64,000 nucleotides of DNA. Origin: a virus. Positions 49,078-58,856 of this stretch are shown here, one piece after another. The notes below the pieces were generated by a model, which saw nothing but the letters and a program-made list of their open reading frames with translations, was not told the origin of the DNA and made no database searches. Position 1 is the first letter of the stretch; every line of letters starts with the position of its first letter. The stretch spans positions 39,510 through 103,509 of the IMG/VR virus record IMGVR_UViG_2716884767_000001; one strand, written 5' to 3'. A program made the position numbers and the translations under genes.

Positions 49078-50051
49078 TGGATATCGTTGATTCGAAATAC
49101 ATTGGTTTAATATCATCAAGATTACAGAAGTTTAAGAGAGTCAAAGCAGATCTTTATAACTTCCGTTGTCCAATTTGTGGTGACTCTCAGAAGCACAAGA
49201 ACAAGGCAAGAGGATATTTCTATCAGGTAAAGACAAATACAAACTATAAGTGTCATAATTGTGGAGCAAGTTTATCATTTAATAATTTTCTAAAACAAAT
49301 TGACAGCACACTCCATAAACAATATGTAATGGAGAAGTTCAAAGAGGGTCATGCAGGTGGTCGAAACTTTGTTGTCGAGGAACCAAAGTTTGAATTTAAA
49401 AAACCAGTATTTAGAAAAAAGTTAGATTTACCAAGGGCATCAGAGGTTACAATAGCAAAGGAATATCTTGAAAAAAGAAAATTAGATCCAACTAAATTTT
49501 TCTTTACAAATAAATTTAAACAGTGGACAAATACACATAAACAAACATTTGACAATATCACTAGAGATGAGAGCAGGATTGTAATTCCACTATACGATGT
49601 CGATAATAATTTGATAGGATTTCAAGGCAGAAGTCTAGGTCCTAACTCTGTTAAATACATTACCGTGATGATTAATGAAGAAGCACCAAAAATTTATGGA
49701 CTTGATCGAATCAAAACTGAAAAACCCATTTACGTTTTGGAAGGTCCCTTCGATTCCACCCTCGTGGAAAACTCGGTTGCTATGTGCGGTTCCGATATTG
49801 ATATTGGGACGTTTGGTTGGAGCGATTATATTTGGGTTTTTGATAATGAACCTCGCAACAGAGAAATCGTCAATCGAATCTCCAAAGTTATTAATAGAGG
49901 AGATCAAGTAGTAATATGGCCACAAAATGTAAATGAAAAAGATGTGAATGACATGATACTTTATGGACATGATGTCATGAGTATGTTAAAATCAAACACG
50001 TACTCAGGATTAAAAGCAAAAATTAAATTCAACAACTGGAAAAAAATATGA
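49077..50051 (+). CDS. g61: DNA primase gp61
   Basis: CPICGDS...CHNCG zinc ribbon, GFQGR, EGPFDS, DNEPRN, KDVNDM. Confidence 0.96.
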   Translation: MDIVDSKYIGLISSRLQKFKRVKADLYNFRCPICGDSQKHKNKARGYFYQVKTNTNYKCHNCGASLSFNNFLKQIDSTLHKQYVMEKFKEGHAGGRNFVVEEPKFEFKKPVFRKKLDLPRASEVTIAKEYLEKRKLDPTKFFFTNKFKQWTNTHKQTFDNITRDESRIVIPLYDVDNNLIGFQGRSLGPNSVKYITVMINEEAPKIYGLDRIKTEKPIYVLEGPFDSTLVENSVAMCGSDIDIGTFGWSDYIWVFDNEPRNREIVNRISKVINRGDQVVIWPQNVNEKDVNDMILYGHDVMSMLKSNTYSGLKAKIKFNNWKKI

Positions 50052-52345
50052 GTAATGGAACTAAAGTCGTAAAAAGAGATGGTTCAATCCAACCATTAGA
50101 CTTAGAAAAGATGCATCTTATGGTAGAAGAGGCATGTAAGGGTCTTGCAGGAGTCTCTGCGAGTCAGGTAGAGATTCAGTCGGGAATACAGTTTTATGAT
50201 GGTATAAGCACCGCAGAGATACAGGAGATCTTAATTAGATCTGCAAGTGATCTTATTGATCTAGATCACCCTAATTATCAATACGTTGCTGCAAGACTTC
50301 TCCTTTTCGCATTAAGGAAAAATCTATTTGGTAGAATCCATGAAATGCCTTCTGTAAAAGATCACGTAGTCGATTGTGTTGATAAAAAAATATATGATAG
50401 TGAAATACTAAACACTTATTCTGATGAAGAATTTTCTAAATTAGAATCATTTATTGATCATGATCGTGATTATTTGTTTACATATGCAGGTTTAAGGCAA
50501 ATTGTTGACAAGTATCTAGTCCAAGATCGTAGTTCTGATAAGTTATATGAAACTCCTCAGTTCATGTATTTGTTAATTGCTGCTACAATTTTCTCTAAAT
50601 ATCCACAAGAAACTAGATTAGATTACGTTAAAAAGTATTACGATGCCATTTCCAAACACAAAATCAACATACCAACACCAATCATGGCGGGAGTCCGTAC
50701 CCCTCTTAGACAGTATGCCAGCTGTGTTCTTGTGGATATTGATGACACCCTCGATAGCATCTTTAGCAGTGATATGGCTATCGGCAAGTATGTTGCACAG
50801 AGGGCGGGTATCGGTATCAACGCGGGTCGCATCCGTGGCATCAACGCTAAAATCAGAGACGGGGAAGTTCAGCACACAGGTGTTGTCCCGTTCCTCAAAA
50901 AGTTTGAAAGCACTGTCAGATGTTGCACTCAAAATGGCATCCGTGGTGGATCAGCAACTGTCCACTTCCCCATCTGGCACCAAGAAATAGAGGACATTAT
51001 AGTTCTCAAAAACAACAAGGGTACTGAAGATAATCGAGTTCGTAAACTTGACTATAGTATTCAATTAAGTTCATTATTTTATCAGAGGTTTATTGATGAT
51101 GAGAGCATTAGTTTATTCAGTCCTCATTCTGTTCATGGGTTGTATGATGCTTTTGGCACTGCATCCTTTGATGAATTATATGTTGCTTATGAAGCAGACG
51201 ATAGAATACCAAGAAAAACTGTTAAAGCACAAGAATTAATTCTTGCCCTGTTGAAAGAAAGAGCAGAAACTGGTAGAATATATTTAATGAATATTGATCA
51301 CTGCAATACTCATTCTTCATTTGTTGATAAAGTGGAGATGAGTAATCTATGTCAGGAGATCACATTACCAACCAAACCTATACAACATATCGATGACCAA
51401 ACTGGTGAAATTGCTCTCTGCATCCTTTCTGCTATTAATATCGGTAAGATACGTGATCTATCCGATCTCGAAAGTCTTTGTGATCTTAGTGTTAGGTCTC
51501 TTGACGAACTTATTGATTTTCAAGGATACCCCGTCAGAGCAGCAGAAATCGCAACTAAGGCACGTAGATCCCTTGGTGTTGGTTTCATAGGTCTTGCACA
51601 CTATCTTGCCAAGCAGGGTGTCAAGTATGAGGATCCAAAAGCATGGCAATTGGTTCATGATTTAACAGAAGCATTTCAATATAATCTAATTAAGTCCACA
51701 GTGAACCTTGCCAAAGAAAAGGGTGCCTGTGAATATTCTTCTCGAACTAAATATGCACAGGGGATACTTCCCATAGACACTTATAAAAAAGATGTCGATG
51801 AACTTGTGCCAAACAATTTAAAATATGATTGGGATTCTCTTAGGTCACTTGTCAAAGAGTACGGAGTCAGGAACTCAACTTTGTCCGCACAAATGCCATC
51901 GGAGAGCAGTTCCGTTGTGTCTAATGCAACAAACGGAATCGAACCACCTAGAGGATACCTGTCCACTAAGAAGTCCAAGAAAGGACCTCTTAAGCAAATT
52001 GTTCCACAGTATGGAACTTTGAAAAATAATTATACCCTCTTATGGGAAATGCCTAACAATACTGGTTATATAAATATTGTTTCCGTGATGCAAAAATTCT
52101 TTGATCAGGCAATCAGTGGTAACTGGAGTTACAATCCAGAACATTTCCCTGACAATGAAGTTCCTGTTTCAGTGATGGCAAATGATTGGTTGACTACATA
52201 TAAGTACGGTTGGAAGACGAGTTATTATCAAAACACATATGACATTAAAACAGATGAGGTAGAGGAAGAGTCTGCTTCACTTGACTGTTTGGTGTCCGAA
52301 ATTTTAGACACATCGGAGGAAGAGTGTGAATCCTGCAAAATTTAA
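50048..52345 (+). CDS. nrdA: class Ia ribonucleotide reductase alpha subunit
   Basis: ATP cone VVKRDG, ASCV, SNLCQEI, MPSESSS, C-term CESCKI. Confidence 0.97.
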   Translation: MSNGTKVVKRDGSIQPLDLEKMHLMVEEACKGLAGVSASQVEIQSGIQFYDGISTAEIQEILIRSASDLIDLDHPNYQYVAARLLLFALRKNLFGRIHEMPSVKDHVVDCVDKKIYDSEILNTYSDEEFSKLESFIDHDRDYLFTYAGLRQIVDKYLVQDRSSDKLYETPQFMYLLIAATIFSKYPQETRLDYVKKYYDAISKHKINIPTPIMAGVRTPLRQYASCVLVDIDDTLDSIFSSDMAIGKYVAQRAGIGINAGRIRGINAKIRDGEVQHTGVVPFLKKFESTVRCCTQNGIRGGSATVHFPIWHQEIEDIIVLKNNKGTEDNRVRKLDYSIQLSSLFYQRFIDDESISLFSPHSVHGLYDAFGTASFDELYVAYEADDRIPRKTVKAQELILALLKERAETGRIYLMNIDHCNTHSSFVDKVEMSNLCQEITLPTKPIQHIDDQTGEIALCILSAINIGKIRDLSDLESLCDLSVRSLDELIDFQGYPVRAAEIATKARRSLGVGFIGLAHYLAKQGVKYEDPKAWQLVHDLTEAFQYNLIKSTVNLAKEKGACEYSSRTKYAQGILPIDTYKKDVDELVPNNLKYDWDSLRSLVKEYGVRNSTLSAQMPSESSSVVSNATNGIEPPRGYLSTKKSKKGPLKQIVPQYGTLKNNYTLLWEMPNNTGYINIVSVMQKFFDQAISGNWSYNPEHFPDNEVPVSVMANDWLTTYKYGWKTSYYQNTYDIKTDEVEEESASLDCLVSEILDTSEEECESCKI

Positions 52346-52370
52346 AATCTCATCAACAGATAGGGGTACT

Positions 52371-53519
52371 ATGTCACAAGTTAAAGGTATGACAGTATTC
52401 AATACTGAAGAGGTAGATACTAAGAAACAACCCATGTTTTTTGGTAAACCTTTAGGTGTTCAGAGATATGATAATTTCAAATATAATCAATTTGAAAACC
52501 TAACTAAACAACAGTTAGGGTATTTCTGGAGACCAGAAGAGGTGTCTCTACAGAAGGATCGTGGTGATTATCAATCATTACGTCCAGAGCAAAAGCACAT
52601 TTATACTTCAAATCTTAAGTATCAAATTATGCTTGACTCAGTGCAGGGTCGTGCACCAGGTATGGCATTCTTACCATATTGTTCTTTACCTGAGTTAGAG
52701 GCATGCATGGAAGTGTGGTCATTCATGGAGATGATTCACTCACGTTCTTACACATACGTGATTAAGAATGTATATCCAGATCCATCAGAAGTGTTTAACA
52801 AAATATTATCTGATGATCGTATCCTAGAACGTGCTGCGAGTGTGACAGAATCATATGACACATTCATTAACTATGCACAGGAATGGGGTCAAGGAAACAT
52901 GTGGAGAGATGATTGGAAGGCATCACCTTCATCAGTCTGGACACGTAAAGATTTAAAAAGACACTTATACAGGGCAGTCGCTAATGTCAACATTTTGGAA
53001 GGTATCCGCTTTTATGTATCTTTCGCTTGTAGTTTTGCTTTTGGTGAGCTTAAACTCATGGAAGGATCTGCGAAAATCATATCGCTTATTGCAAGAGATG
53101 AGAACCAGCATCTGGCAATAACACAGAACATCATCAACAATTGGAGAAAGGGTGATGATCCTGAGATGAAGGAGATTGTAAAGGAAGAAGAGCAATGGAC
53201 ATATCAGATGTTTGATCGTTGTGTGAATGAAGAAAAGGTATGGGCAGAGTATCTATTTAAAGATGGTAGTATGATTGGTTTGAATGATAAACTACTTCAT
53301 CAGTATGTTGAGTGGATTGCCAATAAAAGGATGAAGTCAATCGGATTGAAACCTGTTTACGATATTTCAGCAAGAAATAATCCATTACCTTGGACACAGC
53401 ATTGGATCTCATCAAAAGGTTTACAAGTTGCACCACAAGAGACAGAGGTAGAGTCATATATAGTGGGAGGAATCAAACAAGATGTGAAAAAGGACACATT
53501 TAGTGGTTTCAAACTATAA
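52371..53519 (+). CDS. nrdB: ribonucleotide reductase beta subunit
   Basis: FWRPEE, EMIHSRSY, EGIRFY, RDENQH, VAPQETE; start uncertain (52326-52389). Confidence 0.96.
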   Translation: MSQVKGMTVFNTEEVDTKKQPMFFGKPLGVQRYDNFKYNQFENLTKQQLGYFWRPEEVSLQKDRGDYQSLRPEQKHIYTSNLKYQIMLDSVQGRAPGMAFLPYCSLPELEACMEVWSFMEMIHSRSYTYVIKNVYPDPSEVFNKILSDDRILERAASVTESYDTFINYAQEWGQGNMWRDDWKASPSSVWTRKDLKRHLYRAVANVNILEGIRFYVSFACSFAFGELKLMEGSAKIISLIARDENQHLAITQNIINNWRKGDDPEMKEIVKEEEQWTYQMFDRCVNEEKVWAEYLFKDGSMIGLNDKLLHQYVEWIANKRMKSIGLKPVYDISARNNPLPWTQHWISSKGLQVAPQETEVESYIVGGIKQDVKKDTFSGFKL

Positions 53520-53530
53520 CACATGCTACC

Positions 53531-53737
53531 ATGGATGATAAAGATCTACTTGATGAACTAAAAGAGAGGATCAAAGAAGGTCCTGTTATTTTCACACCAG
53601 ATAACGACTTTTTAGATAGATTAAATCCTAAAGATGATATTGAATTATTTAAGGATGCGATCAAAGATGCTGCTGATAGTTATGATCAAGATATAAATAA
53701 ACTTAATAATGATGAACAATCTGAGGAATCCATTTAA
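53531..53737 (+). CDS. acidic hypothetical protein
   Basis: 68 aa ORF. Confidence 0.5.
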   Translation: MDDKDLLDELKERIKEGPVIFTPDNDFLDRLNPKDDIELFKDAIKDAADSYDQDINKLNNDEQSEESI

Positions 53738-53882
53738 CTTTGTTAAAAATACTCGACAAAGTTACTGTAGATTTTATCAAAAAACCTTTACTGAGGTACA
53801 AGTGCAAATAGAAACTGAAGACCCTGCGTGGATTCCGCTAGATACTTTAGTTGCTATTACAAAAAAGTATGAGTCAGTATGA
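53709..53882 (+). CDS. small hypothetical protein (not in ORF track)
   Basis: After TATAAATA at 53692-53699; NPFNFVKNTR...TEVQVQ...DPAWIPLDTL. Confidence 0.55.
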   Translation: MMNNLRNPFNFVKNTRQSYCRFYQKTFTEVQVQIETEDPAWIPLDTLVAITKKYESV

Positions 53883-54300
53883 AAATCCTTGGTTATATAA
53901 TGAACAAATCTTTGATAGTGATCTGATTGGTGATTATTATGGGTTTGTTTATTTAATTACTGGTGAACAAACAGGAAGAAGATACATAGGTAGGAAATAT
54001 TTTTGGCAAAAAAGAAAACCAAGAACAGGGTCGAAGAGAAGAGTTACGTCCGAAAGTGATTGGAAAAAATATTACGGTAGTTGCCCAGAACTGAAAGAAG
54101 ATATAAAAGAATTTGGTAAGTTAAATTTTAAGAGAGAAATATTAAGTTTACATAAAACAAAAGGTTTGGTTAATTTTGAAGAAACTAAACAATTGTTTTT
54201 AAATAATGTATTGAGTGAGTCCCTTGACGATGGGAGACCTTTATATTATAATAGTAACATTCTAGGACGCTATATGCGGAAAGACTATGGACAATTTTAA
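53869..54300 (+). CDS. GIY-YIG family nuclease, catalytic domain only
   Basis: GFVYLIT...RYIGRK, YYGS, YYNSNI. Confidence 0.85.
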   Translation: MSQYENPWLYNEQIFDSDLIGDYYGFVYLITGEQTGRRYIGRKYFWQKRKPRTGSKRRVTSESDWKKYYGSCPELKEDIKEFGKLNFKREILSLHKTKGLVNFEETKQLFLNNVLSESLDDGRPLYYNSNILGRYMRKDYGQF

Positions 54301-54490
54301 TGAAACGTTAAAAACAACTCATGATTGGGCTATGAGTCGCATTCAAGCATTATGCGAGACTAGTGATCTTCATACAGTTGAAGATGGTTGTGCAATTCAT
54401 GACGAATTTGCAGAATGGTTTTATTGTGACGAAGAAGATCTTGACATATGCTCACTTACTTACATAGGAGAAGGTAGTGAGTATGCTTAA
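54287..54490 (+). CDS. hypothetical protein
   Basis: AIHDEFAEW. Confidence 0.6.
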   Translation: MDNFNETLKTTHDWAMSRIQALCETSDLHTVEDGCAIHDEFAEWFYCDEEDLDICSLTYIGEGSEYA

Positions 54491-54647
54491 TAATGAACAG
54501 ATGGAACTTAGACAACAAACTTTAAGTATTTTACTAAAGAATTTTAATAACAATCGTGCCATTTATGAGTGTGCAGATGAGTGGGCAAGTAAGTTCACTA
54601 CCACCTCTGGACTCATAAAATACTACAAAACTTATTTTGCTAAATAA
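54483..54647 (+). CDS. small hypothetical protein (54 aa, not in ORF track)
   Basis: NRAIYECADEW; fills the gap between neighbours. Confidence 0.55.
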   Translation: MLNNEQMELRQQTLSILLKNFNNNRAIYECADEWASKFTTTSGLIKYYKTYFAK

Positions 54648-54669
54648 GAGTGCGTTCTAGTATCAAAAA

Positions 54670-55101
54670 ATGGTAGATAAGAAACCAGAACAAAAGGTTG
54701 AAGAGAAACCAAAAAATCTTTTGACAAAAATTAAAGAAAGTGTAGATGATAAAGAGGAGCAACTCGCATTTTTATCCACAATTGTAAGACTTTCTGTTCT
54801 TGTGTGGTCTGCAGGAATCTTGACTTTAGCATATGTAAAGTTGCCAGCAGCATTTAATATACCAGAACAAAAACTGGATCCAACTTTCATAGCTTCTGTG
54901 TTCACAGGAACTCTAGCGACTTTTGGCGTCCAAGCAGCAGGTAAGAAAAAAGGTGGAGATAGTGGCAGTAGTAGTGCAAATATATCTAAAAAAGATATGG
55001 AGTTTCTAATTCAAAAAGCATCTGAAACTGCACCAGCGCAAACAATCAGAATCGAGCAAGCACCAGTATCAATCGTACCGACTGCTGCACCTAAAAAATA
55101 G
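54670..55101 (+). CDS. two-TM membrane protein
   Basis: VRLSVLVWSAGILTLAY, DPTFIASVFTGTLATFGV; CTAAATA upstream. Confidence 0.75.
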   Translation: MVDKKPEQKVEEKPKNLLTKIKESVDDKEEQLAFLSTIVRLSVLVWSAGILTLAYVKLPAAFNIPEQKLDPTFIASVFTGTLATFGVQAAGKKKGGDSGSSSANISKKDMEFLIQKASETAPAQTIRIEQAPVSIVPTAAPKK

Positions 55102-55112
55102 GAATCAGAATT

Positions 55113-55778
55113 ATGGATATGGAAGAGGCGATGTTTGGACCAGAGGTAACAATCTCTAATCCTAAACAAGAAAAACCAAAGAAAAATATTAATCTAACCA
55201 AGTGGTTCGCACTTGGTCTTGGTGGAATTTTTGGTCTATCTCATATTGGTTTAATTGGTATGGTAAGTAGAAAAGATAGTTTACCAATTATAAGTCCACC
55301 TGTAGGACCTTATACATCATATAAAGTGAGTGTAACAGACGAAGGATATGCTATTTCATATAAAGCAAATGATCCCAAGACAGCATTCATTACTAAGGAT
55401 ATCAAAGAAAAAGGTGGTTTCTTAGGTTTAGCAAATGAAACTACTCAAGTTACAGAAGAGTATTTCTTAGATGGTAAAACTAACCAAGGTGGTGCAGTAT
55501 CAAACCATAGATCTTGGATGGATCAATCACCAGGTTTGACACAAGAGCAAGCAAAAGAAATAACCACAGCAAAATCAGAGGAATGTATCAAAGCAATTGG
55601 ATCCGCAGAGGGTACAGGTAGATTAGTTGGCACGAGTGTTGGTGCTGCTGCAGCTCCTACTCTTTCTTCTATTCCTTTTGTTGGTTGGGTTGCTGCAGGT
55701 TGGGTAGCAATGTTTGGAGGTAATCAAGGTGCTAATATAGGTGGTAACATGGCAAATGATTTGAATAAAAACTGTTAA
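55113..55778 (+). CDS. membrane protein with C-terminal glycine zipper
   Basis: N-terminal TM; GRLVGTSVGAAAA...GWVAMFGGNQGANIGG. Confidence 0.75.
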   Translation: MDMEEAMFGPEVTISNPKQEKPKKNINLTKWFALGLGGIFGLSHIGLIGMVSRKDSLPIISPPVGPYTSYKVSVTDEGYAISYKANDPKTAFITKDIKEKGGFLGLANETTQVTEEYFLDGKTNQGGAVSNHRSWMDQSPGLTQEQAKEITTAKSEECIKAIGSAEGTGRLVGTSVGAAAAPTLSSIPFVGWVAAGWVAMFGGNQGANIGGNMANDLNKNC

Positions 55779-56401
55779 TGAATCTTTGGAAAAATTACAA
55801 AGATGTCTTACATCAAACTTTTCCTTTACATAATGGGGTGGGAAGTGTTTGGGCACAATGGCATGCAAAAGATACTTGGTTGACTGCCAAGACATACACT
55901 ACTCCATATATAATAAAGAGTAGAGAAGTGGAGATCTTTAATGAAAAGTCTTGCATTTACAACAACATCATCTATCCTAAGACAGGCAGTAATCTTCCCT
56001 GTTTTGGTATGGATCTTATGGGATTTAATGAGAATAGGGTCATAATAGTATTTGATTTTCAGCATCCTGTAGAAAACTATTTGTTTTCTGTAGAGGGATT
56101 GCCTAAAGGTAGAGGAGACTATCGTTTTTTTGAACCAGGCAATCATTTTTCAGAAAATATTTACATACAATATTGTAAGATGTCAGAGGTTGATGAGCAT
56201 CTTGAGATGTTCACGACTTACTTGACAAAGTATAGAGACATGATAGAATTAGAGAAACCAACTGGTAACAATATCAGTTTTTATAAAGACTTTGATACTT
56301 ATATGACTAAACTCGATCCTGTATCAGGATATCTGAAAGGTAAGTTTGGAGAAGAGAAGGCAGAAAGTCTTGTTAATGATTTTTTATTTTGTTTTAAATA
56401 A
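55778..56401 (+). CDS. pebS: phycoerythrobilin synthase (ferredoxin-dependent bilin reductase)
   Basis: YPKTGSNLPCFGMDLM, VFDFQHP, RFFEPGNHFS, FDTYMTKLDPV match cyanophage PebS. Confidence 0.9.
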   Translation: MNLWKNYKDVLHQTFPLHNGVGSVWAQWHAKDTWLTAKTYTTPYIIKSREVEIFNEKSCIYNNIIYPKTGSNLPCFGMDLMGFNENRVIIVFDFQHPVENYLFSVEGLPKGRGDYRFFEPGNHFSENIYIQYCKMSEVDEHLEMFTTYLTKYRDMIELEKPTGNNISFYKDFDTYMTKLDPVSGYLKGKFGEEKAESLVNDFLFCFK

Positions 56402-56403
56402 CG

Positions 56404-56586
56404 ATGACTAAAAGAAAAAAAACTACTTTTGAAAAAATTGGAAATGTGTTGAATAATTTTGCGATGTGGCATAAGAAATTAATAAGGAAATTTAGAAAAT
56501 GGTTAAATCTAACAGACTATAAATTATTATGGTTGTCTTTTGGTGAGGGAGTATTAATAGGATTTTTGTTAGCATTTATACTTTAA
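56404..56586 (+). CDS. small membrane protein
   Basis: LTDYKLLWLSFGEGVLIG. Confidence 0.6.
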   Translation: MTKRKKTTFEKIGNVLNNFAMWHKKLIRKFRKWLNLTDYKLLWLSFGEGVLIGFLLAFIL

Positions 56587-56640
56587 GTGTGGGAGTCCAC
56601 ACATAAATGCGTAATTATACCTAGTATGATACAATAAATA
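56587..56640 (+). promoter_or_regulatory. palindromic operator plus promoter upstream of the PTOX cassette
   Basis: GTGTGG-GAGT-CCACAC inverted repeat; TGaTACAAT -10; AATAAATA. Confidence 0.5.
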
Positions 56641-56665
56641 GTAACGTACTGGAGTTGAAACTATC

Positions 56666-56827
56666 ATGTCCCATTACACACTTGGTTGGCACGACCAACA
56701 AAACAAACACTACGAAATAGGTGAATATGCGGAAGACGCATGGGAAGCCGTAAGAAATGCAAGAGAGGATGTTCCGTATCTACACGAACATCCTTTTTCT
56801 TTGGAATCAATTAAAAAGGAGGATTAA
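56666..56827 (+). CDS. small hypothetical protein (53 aa, not in ORF track)
   Basis: MSHYTLGWHD...EIGEYAEDAWEAVRNAREDVPYL; GGAG RBS. Confidence 0.7.
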   Translation: MSHYTLGWHDQQNKHYEIGEYAEDAWEAVRNAREDVPYLHEHPFSLESIKKED

Positions 56828-56932
56828 ATGAAAAACATACCAATTACATCATCCTGTATTACCTTCGGAGTAATAATTGGAACAGGTTGGTTCTTAATAC
56901 CACTAGCATGGTCAAATCCCTTATTAGTATGA
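56828..56932 (+). CDS. 34-aa TM peptide
   Basis: AGGAGG RBS; ATGA overlap with PTOX. Confidence 0.55.
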   Translation: MKNIPITSSCITFGVIIGTGWFLIPLAWSNPLLV

Positions 56933-57432
56933 AACAATTTAATACATGGGTGTTAGACACCACAATCTACATCTTAGATTTTCTCTATAGAGGTAGACAT
57001 AACCAGAGGTTTTGGGTTCTCGAAGTTATTGCTAGAGCACCTTATTTTGCTTTTATTTCTGTGCTTCATTTCCGTGAGAGTCTTGGATTGCGAGGTGAGG
57101 AACATATATATTTGATGAAGGAACATTTCTATCAGGCACTCAATGAAACGGAACATTTGGAAGAGATGGAACTTAGGGAGGGAAATAAGTATTGGATCGA
57201 TAGGTTCTTTGCCAAGCATCTTGTTTTACTTTATTTTTGGATCATGGTTGGCTACTATTTTATTGATCCTATTAACGCTTACGATATCAACATGAAGATC
57301 GAAAAGCATGCTTTTGAAACATATACAAAATATAGTGCTTATCACCCCTTAGACACTAAGATCGCAGAGATTGCTCAAGATGAATATGAGCATTCCAAAG
57401 AATTGCAAAAAGCAATGTTGATGATTGCATAG
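56929..57432 (+). CDS. ptox: plastoquinol terminal oxidase (PTOX/AOX family)
   Basis: RFWVLEVIARAPYF, NETEHL, IEKHAFETY, DEYEH di-iron motifs. Confidence 0.93.
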   Translation: MKQFNTWVLDTTIYILDFLYRGRHNQRFWVLEVIARAPYFAFISVLHFRESLGLRGEEHIYLMKEHFYQALNETEHLEEMELREGNKYWIDRFFAKHLVLLYFWIMVGYYFIDPINAYDINMKIEKHAFETYTKYSAYHPLDTKIAEIAQDEYEHSKELQKAMLMIA

Positions 57433-57458
57433 ATAATACTAATCACATGTATTAGTTT

Positions 57459-57752
57459 ATGTTATCTACCAATTATCGTTTAAGATTAGAAGCAATCTGC
57501 AAAGACATTGCATCAGGAACAGAAGTAAGTATTGATGATATGATATGGGCACAAAAATTGGCAAAGGCTAATACAAGTGCAAGGGGAATGTTATCCTCTG
57601 CAAGGAGAATGGTAACTGATTCTGATGGATCTTGCCTTAAGTATTTGGATATTGGAGATCCAAAATCAGACAAGAAAGGATTTAGTGGTGCAGATGATAT
57701 TGCAGAGTGGTTTAAAAACGATAGATCTGACGACTGGAGACAACGTGATTGA
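57459..57752 (+). CDS. conserved hypothetical protein
   Basis: MLSTNYRLRLE...DMIWAQKLAKAN...DWRQRD. Confidence 0.75.
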   Translation: MLSTNYRLRLEAICKDIASGTEVSIDDMIWAQKLAKANTSARGMLSSARRMVTDSDGSCLKYLDIGDPKSDKKGFSGADDIAEWFKNDRSDDWRQRD

Positions 57753-58071
57753 AATATTTTACATTATATTATTCCTGATACCAATTCTGTTTATAGTAAT
57801 TAAGTTTGAGAAACAAATTAAATGGTTGTTGACACCTTTGATTTGGGTCAAGAATATTCTTGATCATGAATGGTGGGCAGATCTTATTGGTGAAAAGTCA
57901 GGAGCATATGAACGTGCAAGAAGACCAAATAAATTTAAAACTTGGAAGTTAAAACAACCTCTATGGAAACAAGTATTCATAGAAGTTTTGATGTTTACAT
58001 TAATTGCACTAGCATTTGAACCAGTGTTAAATATGTTAGGTATGTCAATGTTACCTTGGAGGTGGTTTTGA
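57745..58071 (+). CDS. membrane protein
   Basis: GGAG RBS and GTG start; two TM segments. Confidence 0.55.
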   Translation: MIEIFYIILFLIPILFIVIKFEKQIKWLLTPLIWVKNILDHEWWADLIGEKSGAYERARRPNKFKTWKLKQPLWKQVFIEVLMFTLIALAFEPVLNMLGMSMLPWRWF

Positions 58072-58391
58072 TAAAATTTAATTTTGAAAAACAATTTGGT
58101 AAGGGTACAGACCCTTGGTACGCAAAGGCAGAAAGGTGGGTTAAGAAAAAATTTAAGAACCCATATCTTCAGCATCTTGCTTTAGGTCTTATTGCATGGT
58201 TAAAAGAAAAATGGATTGATGTTAAAGTTGCAAATACGATGAGAGAAATTGATATTCAAGCAGAAGAAATTAAAAAAATTTGGGATGAAGAAGAGAAGAA
58301 CCAATTTGCTCCTGAGATTAAAGAAACTCCATCTGAAGTGGAGGGTTTGAATGATATAGAAATCGAATATAACAAATATTATCATGGGTAG
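58068..58391 (+). CDS. hypothetical protein
   Basis: GGAGG RBS and TTG start; FEKQFGKGTDPWY. Confidence 0.6.
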   Translation: MIKFNFEKQFGKGTDPWYAKAERWVKKKFKNPYLQHLALGLIAWLKEKWIDVKVANTMREIDIQAEEIKKIWDEEEKNQFAPEIKETPSEVEGLNDIEIEYNKYYHG

Positions 58392-58494
58392 TGTTGTTTG
58401 GGGTGTAGTTTGGATGATTTCAATTCTCTTGATTTCTGTGGGGATTGTGATATACTACATAATGAGATACGATCATTTTTTTCCAAATGACTAA
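58384..58494 (+). CDS. 36-aa TM peptide
   Basis: VVWGVVWMISILLISVGIVIYYIMRYD. Confidence 0.5.
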   Translation: MGSVVWGVVWMISILLISVGIVIYYIMRYDHFFPND

Positions 58495-58583
58495 AAAAGA
58501 ACCACGTAAGTATGCAAAAAATCGTGAAGAATATTTTCGTGAGTTTCATCGAGTTATTGCACCTGTGGTAGTAATGAAAAAGT

Positions 58584-58856
58584 ATGATGAATAAACTACT
58601 AATTATACCAATATTCTTTTTGACAATGTGTGCACCTGCACCAGTTACTCCACCTGTAGATGCGATGGAAGTAGAAGAAGAATTAATGTGGAAGGCTTTA
58701 GAATATATACAAAACTATAATACGTTACAAAAACAAAAAACAGAACCTGATGACGCTATAAATAGTGCACTGGATAATTTTTGGGAGGATAGTTATGGGA
58801 GCAATGATCCCACCGAGTCGGAAGAGTTGCTACAACTTTCGGGTGACGGAGATTAA
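58584..58856 (+). CDS. exported protein or possible lipoprotein
   Basis: MNKLLIIPIFFLTMC signal-like N-terminus. Confidence 0.5.
   Translation: MMNKLLIIPIFFLTMCAPAPVTPPVDAMEVEEELMWKALEYIQNYNTLQKQKTEPDDAINSALDNFWEDSYGSNDPTESEELLQLSGDGD

Noticed and set aside
50640-51000. Locally higher GC inside nrdA
   Set aside because: It coincides with conserved Gly/Ala/Arg-rich sequence; recombination cannot be shown without alignments.
34156-53519. Introns or inteins in g43, g41, nrdA or nrdB
   Set aside because: All are continuous ORFs of ordinary length with no splicing motifs.
53869-54300. GIY-YIG gene as a mobile homing endonuclease targeting nrdB
   Set aside because: Only the catalytic domain is present, with no DNA-binding repeats; more likely a resident nuclease.
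55778-57432. pebS and PTOX as novel phage genes
   Set aside because: Both are established cyanophage auxiliary metabolic genes, as are talC, mazG, hsp20, purM and pyrE.
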